From Planctomycetota bacterium (GTDB lineage Bacteria > Planctomycetota > GCA-002687715 > DRQF01): a stretch of 11,589 bases of DNA. The notes beneath the pieces were generated by a model that had not been told where the DNA came from, did no database searches, and saw only the letters and a program-made list of their open reading frames with translations. The stretch is taken from contig JAZGFI010000166.1 in assembly GCA_036479435.1 (NCBI GenBank), positions 1 through 11,589 on the forward strand, written 5' to 3'. The position numbers were made by a program, and so were the translations under genes. Within the stretch, counting starts at the first letter, position 1. Every line of letters begins with the position of its first letter. Below, piece after piece: positions 7,824-11,589 of the stretch.

Positions 7824-8978
7824 TCAGTATGTCAACCGCTTTTCAGTCTTTAGCGGTAGCTCGGCCAACAGTGCGGCGATGCGTTCTCCGGCACCGCCAG
7901 TTCCGTAAAGAGGGTCCGACTCCAAGCGACCCACTTGCCGCGCCGCTTCGACTCCCTTGATGATCTCACTGCGGTTGTAGCCGACGTCGATAACATTGGG
8001 TCCCCGGTCTCTTCCCGCTTGCCGACCGCCAATGTTGATCGCTGGAAGCCCCAAGAACGCACATTCGCGAATCCCCACACTCGAATTGCCAACGATGCAA
8101 TCGGCGCGGTTCAGCATTCGAATGAAGTGCTCAGGTGCGAGGCTCTTGAAGAAATGAATGTGATCGGGTGATTGGTTCTCGCGAAAAGCTCGAATACCGT
8201 TTGAGGTGCCATCGGATCCGGCATCGACGTTGGGCCAAAACCACAGGGTGGGCCGCTTGAGATCTTTGATCGCAAACAGAGTCTCTTCGATGTTGTGCCG
8301 GGAGGCTTTGTATTCGGTGGTAACCGGGTGCTGCATGACAACGACGTAGCCGTCGTCGAGCGCAATGCGCGGGCCAACGCCCGAATAGTGTTCGAAGACG
8401 TCGAAGTCCTTTGCGTCATCTTCGAGCGCCTTCAGCGCAACATCAATCGAAGGGCATCCCGTAACATGAACTTGCGACGGCTCTTCGCCCATCTTGATGA
8501 CGCGCTCGGCGGCGGGCCCTGAGGCGACAAAGTGGATGTCCGCGAGTTTCGTGACCGCATGGCGAACTTTCTCGTCAATCGAACCGGTAACTTCCCCGCC
8601 TTGGATATGAGCCAAAGGAATGTGGAGATAACTCGCCGCAATAGCCGTCGCCATCGTTTCAAATCGATCCGCAATCGTGACCACCACGTCGGGCTTTAGA
8701 TTGTCGAAAACGGTCGCGAGTTCCACGACGCCGAGTCCCGTCGATTTTGCGGACGTTACGAGATTCTCACCTTCGAGAATCATGTACACCCGGCGATCGA
8801 TGGAAAACCCCTCTTCGTCGATCGTGCGATCCGTGGCACCGTAGCGATCCAAGAGCGCGGAGGCGGCGATGACCAACTGAAGTTCTAGATCGGGATGATC
8901 TTTGACCGCCTTCAGAATCGAACGCGCACGCGAATAACTCGGCCGGGCGGTAACGACGACGCAGATCTTTCGTTTCAT
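7824..8978 (-). CDS. neuC: UDP-N-acetylglucosamine 2-epimerase (hydrolysing), NeuC family
   Basis: RKICVVVTARPSY, DRFE, AHIQGGEVTGSIDEKVRHAVTKLADIHF, QHPVTTE, PNVDAG, VGNSSVGIRE, IGGRQAGR. Directly downstream of neuB with an ATGA overlap. Confidence 0.92.
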   Translation of the reverse strand: MKRKICVVVTARPSYSRARSILKAVKDHPDLELQLVIAASALLDRYGATDRTIDEEGFSIDRRVYMILEGENLVTSAKSTGLGVVELATVFDNLKPDVVVTIADRFETMATAIAASYLHIPLAHIQGGEVTGSIDEKVRHAVTKLADIHFVASGPAAERVIKMGEEPSQVHVTGCPSIDVALKALEDDAKDFDVFEHYSGVGPRIALDDGYVVVMQHPVTTEYKASRHNIEETLFAIKDLKRPTLWFWPNVDAGSDGTSNGIRAFRENQSPDHIHFFKSLAPEHFIRMLNRADCIVGNSSVGIRECAFLGLPAINIGGRQAGRDRGPNVIDVGYNRSEIIKGVEAARQVGRLESDPLYGTGGAGERIAALLAELPLKTEKRLTY

Positions 8979-10054
8979 GACTGAGCGGCCTCAAGATCGT
9001 CGTGGGACAAAAGAGCGTTTCGCTTGACGTCCCGTTGTAACCGGCGCCCGATGAGGGTGGGAAGGTCATTGGCGGGGATTCCGGCTCCGGGCTTTTTCGC
9101 CGTCAGGTGTCGATCCTCCAAAACCGTGCCCGCGGCAAGATCGTCCTTCGCGACGACACTCTTCATGAACACCGAGCGCAAGCCCGCGATGTCATCTGGC
9201 ACTCGAGATTTGTCGACGGGATAAGCGCGAAGCGTCTCGGCGAATCGAATTCCCTCCACGAGCTGTGCGAGTTCCTCTGGAATCACCGAAGACGGCACGT
9301 CGGGTCCGAACATCTCACGACTAAACGTCAAATGGAGTTCCAAAAACTCGATGCCCACCGTCGCCGCCGCGATTCCCGCATAGATCGTCCCCGAGTGATC
9401 CGACAAACCGGCCGCGCAGCCCAGACGCTCGCGGATCTCGGCGATGACGTTCAGTCCGAGTTTCTCCGGTGGGCATGGGTAGGCGGAAGTGCACTGAAAA
9501 ACGCCAACGGGTGCTTGGTGACCGCGCACCAGCTCAACGGCGGCCTCGATCTCGGGCCAAGCGCTCATCCCCGTCGAAATCAAGACCGGTTTACCGGTTT
9601 GCGCCATCGCTGCAATCAAGGCGTGGTTATTAGTCTCACCAGAAGCGACTTTCCAGCCGGCGACTCCGACGTCGGCGAGTAAGTCGATCGCTTCGGCGGA
9701 GAATGGCGACGACAAAAAGAGCAACCCGGCTTCACGCGCGTGCGCCTCCAGCTCGCTCCACTGTGATTTAGAGAACTCCATGCGCTTCCAGTAGTCAAAA
9801 CGCGTCTCATCTTGCGACGAGAACTTCGTCCGCCAGGGTTCTGAGGGCGTGCTTTCGGCTTCGGCGATGTGAGTTTGAAACTTGATGGCATCGGCGCCGC
9901 AGCGCGCGGCACAGTCGATGTAAGCATGTGCCATACCAAGACTGCCATCGTGAGCCTGGGCGACTTCCACAATGATGGTGGCGGGAGCCCCAGGGCGCGG
10001 GTTGTGAAGCCAGGAGTCAGGCATGGGCATGGGCATGGCCTTATTCTTGCTCAT
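8975..10054 (-). CDS. neuB: N-acetylneuraminate (nonulosonate) synthase, NeuB family, with C-terminal SAF/antifreeze-like domain
   Basis: EVAQAHDGS, ADAIKFQTH, SSPFS, KVASGE, ISTGMS, QCTSAYP, GLSDHSG, ELHLT and C-terminal KSVVA...KKPGAGIP. ATGA overlaps at both ends. Confidence 0.93.
   Translation of the reverse strand: MSKNKAMPMPMPDSWLHNPRPGAPATIIVEVAQAHDGSLGMAHAYIDCAARCGADAIKFQTHIAEAESTPSEPWRTKFSSQDETRFDYWKRMEFSKSQWSELEAHAREAGLLFLSSPFSAEAIDLLADVGVAGWKVASGETNNHALIAAMAQTGKPVLISTGMSAWPEIEAAVELVRGHQAPVGVFQCTSAYPCPPEKLGLNVIAEIRERLGCAAGLSDHSGTIYAGIAAATVGIEFLELHLTFSREMFGPDVPSSVIPEELAQLVEGIRFAETLRAYPVDKSRVPDDIAGLRSVFMKSVVAKDDLAAGTVLEDRHLTAKKPGAGIPANDLPTLIGRRLQRDVKRNALLSHDDLEAAQS
10020..10037. repeat. 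Hexamer tandem repeat (GGCATG)x3 encoding MPMPMP at the NeuB N-terminus
   Basis: Read directly: ggcatg ggcatg ggcatg. Confidence 0.7.
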
Positions 10055-10809
10055 GATGGTTCGATTTCGTTTTCGTTTTCGTTTTTTGGTTGGGATCGTT
10101 GAAACATGAACTCGGCTAACTCCAGTTCAATGGGCTCGTCGATGTTGACGACAAAGCCATCGACGACGACTCCGGCGCAGTCATCTTCGACAATGTGCCC
10201 ATCATCAACAAGCGTCGACCTGGTCAAGGCGTAGCAGATTCCATTGCGGATGAAGTAGCTCTTGGCGTCCTGGCGCCGCGAAACCGCGCCGCCACCACCG
10301 GCAACGCTGTCCCAAAAGAACTGGATGCGGCCGCCATGATCGCGAAGGAGGCATTTTTCTGGGACGTAATGACCCGGCATCGCTGAAATCGTGGTCGCGG
10401 CTCGATGACCACCCTCGACCACCGCCTCGACGCAACGGCGAACATCTTCCGACCGCCGCAATGGCGTCGTGGGTTGCAGTAAGACCGAGACGTCAAATCG
10501 CTGATCGAAGTGCGCTTCGCTCTTCAGCCAAGCGTCCTGCCACATGCCCACAGAACTGGCCAGATCCGTCGCGTACTGATCCGGCCGCAGAAAGGGAACA
10601 CTCAGTCCACAACGTCGCCCTTCTTCGACCATCTCTTCGTCGTCGGTGGAAAGGACTGCGGCATCGATCCAGGGCAGTTCGGCGATGGTGTGAGCCGCCC
10701 AAGCGATAAGCGAGCGTCCCCCGACCCGGGCGAGGTTTTTGCGAGGTATGCCTTTGCTACCGCCGCGCGCGGGAACAACCGCAAGAACTGAAAGCCCGTT
10801 CCAAGCCAA
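10051..10809 (-). CDS. neuA: CMP-N-acylneuraminate synthetase (acylneuraminate cytidylyltransferase), NeuA family
   Basis: PARGGSKGIPRKN, STDD, PFLRP...ATD, LLQPTTPLR, RRQD, RNG..Y and NID. TTG start at 10809 preceded by GAGGAG. Confidence 0.92.
   Translation of the reverse strand: MAWNGLSVLAVVPARGGSKGIPRKNLARVGGRSLIAWAAHTIAELPWIDAAVLSTDDEEMVEEGRRCGLSVPFLRPDQYATDLASSVGMWQDAWLKSEAHFDQRFDVSVLLQPTTPLRRSEDVRRCVEAVVEGGHRAATTISAMPGHYVPEKCLLRDHGGRIQFFWDSVAGGGGAVSRRQDAKSYFIRNGICYALTRSTLVDDGHIVEDDCAGVVVDGFVVNIDEPIELELAEFMFQRSQPKNENENEIEPS
10065..10082. repeat. Hexamer tandem repeat (TTTCGT)x3 encoding NENENE in the NeuA C-terminal tail
   Basis: Read directly: tttcgt tttcgt tttcgt. Confidence 0.7.
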
Positions 10810-10817
10810 AAGCCGGT

Positions 10818-10823
10818 CTCCTC
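10818..10823 (-). promoter_or_regulatory. Shine-Dalgarno site for neuA
   Basis: GAGGAG on the minus strand, 8 nt before TTG 10809. Confidence 0.75.
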
Positions 10824-10876
10824 AATGTCTGCTGAGCTAGGCGGGCTGGCCCGCACCGCGAATCCTACCGAGGACG

Positions 10877-10892
10877 CCTCGAACATTCGAGG
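10877..10892. promoter_or_regulatory. Candidate operator palindrome CCTCGAA-ca-TTCGAGG upstream of the neuABC operon
   Basis: Perfect 7-bp inverted repeat with a 2-nt spacer in the intergenic gap, just downstream of a minus-strand TTGACT (10916-10911). No convincing -10 element. Confidence 0.35.
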
Positions 10893-10917
10893 ACACAGGT
10901 GGCGTTGTAAAGTCAAT

Positions 10918-11589
10918 TCATGCCACGGGGAAGTAGACGCTGAAGGTCGTGCCTTCCTTGGGCTCAGATGCCACTATAATTCGCCCCCCGGACTGCATGA
11001 CAATGCCGTGTACAGAGGCCAAGCCGAGTCCGGTGCCCCGATGCTCGGCCTTGGTCGTAAAGAAGGGCTCAAAGATATTCGGCAACAACTCCGAGGGGAT
11101 ACCCTCCCCGGAGTCCGTGACTTTCAACGCAACGAAATCACCGTCGAGCCCCTCCAACTCGGCGATGTCAGCCACCGCCATCTCGGTCAGCTCGATGGTG
11201 ATGGTGCCCATGCCAACAATCGCATCTCGTCCGTTCAACACCAGATTCATGACCACCTGTTCGAACTGGCTGCGATCGACCCTAATCAAACGGGTCTTGG
11301 GCCCCCCCGAGATGAGCAGTTCAACATCAACTGGCAACAAACGCTTGAGCATTGGCTTCAACGACCGGATGACCTCGCCCGGATTCAATGCCGTCGCGTG
11401 CAGAACTTGTTGCCGGCCAAAGGCCAAGAGCTGGTTGGTCAACCTTGCGGCTCGCTCCGCGCAAGCGGTGATCTCCGAGGTCTGTTCGATGTAATCGCGA
11501 TGGTTGTCGATCCTCTTTTCAGATTTGATTTGGCTCCGAAGCAGCTCGGCATTGCCGATGATGGCGGTGAGGATGTTGTTGAAATCGTG
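10918..11589 (-). CDS. Sensor histidine kinase, C-terminal HisKA + HATPase_c region (5' part outside window)
   Basis: Frame is open to the window edge and begins HDFNNILTAIIGNAELL (H-box). Then QLLAFGRQQ, N-box QVVMNLVLNGRDA, G1 DSGEG, F-box IFEPFFTTK and G2 GTGLGL. Stop after FSVYFPVA. Confidence 0.93.
   Translation of the reverse strand, partial: HDFNNILTAIIGNAELLRSQIKSEKRIDNHRDYIEQTSEITACAERAARLTNQLLAFGRQQVLHATALNPGEVIRSLKPMLKRLLPVDVELLISGGPKTRLIRVDRSQFEQVVMNLVLNGRDAIVGMGTITIELTEMAVADIAELEGLDGDFVALKVTDSGEGIPSELLPNIFEPFFTTKAEHRGTGLGLASVHGIVMQSGGRIIVASEPKEGTTFSVYFPVA

Noticed and set aside
7824..8978. Non-hydrolysing epimerase WecB
   Set aside because: GGEVTGSIDE, GNSS and RQxGR motifs plus the neuB/neuA context fit the hydrolysing NeuC type.
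9107..9682. 191-aa + strand ORF
   Set aside because: Antisense shadow of neuB, expected in GC-rich DNA.
10051..10809. KdsB (CMP-Kdo synthetase)
   Set aside because: It has ARGGSKGIPRKN and QPTTPLR (NeuA type), not the KdsB AR..STRLPGKPL and QGDEP motifs.
10949..11494. 181-aa + strand ORF
   Set aside because: Antisense shadow of the histidine kinase ATPase domain.

Overview
GC-rich bacterial window holding a cell-envelope lipid/glycan locus. On the + strand, a 5'-truncated MobA-like NTP-transferase is coupled to a GT-B 'surface carbohydrate biosynthesis' protein. Next is a self-contained Lpt-type ABC extractor, with lptB divergent from lptF-lptG and no lptC, lptA or rpoN neighbours. A - strand run follows: neuA-neuB-neuC, an ELM1/GtrOC1-like protein, a HIT hydrolase and a DAGK/ceramide-kinase-like gene. 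It lies downstream of the 3' part of an HDFNN-type histidine kinase. The MobA-like, LptF/G, HIT and DAGK-like genes match families I recall from the Caulobacter phosphosphingolipid synthesis/transport cluster. Here they are interleaved with a CMP-nonulosonic (sialic) acid pathway and two candidate transferases. The main hypothesis (inference, untested) is a pathway for a sialylated, ganglioside-like sphingolipid with its own LptB2FG exporter. The core ceramide genes (spt, bCerS, cerR) are not in the window. A 28-nt-period palindromic REP-like array lies between lptG and the kinase gene. All family calls come from motif recognition by eye; no database searches were run.
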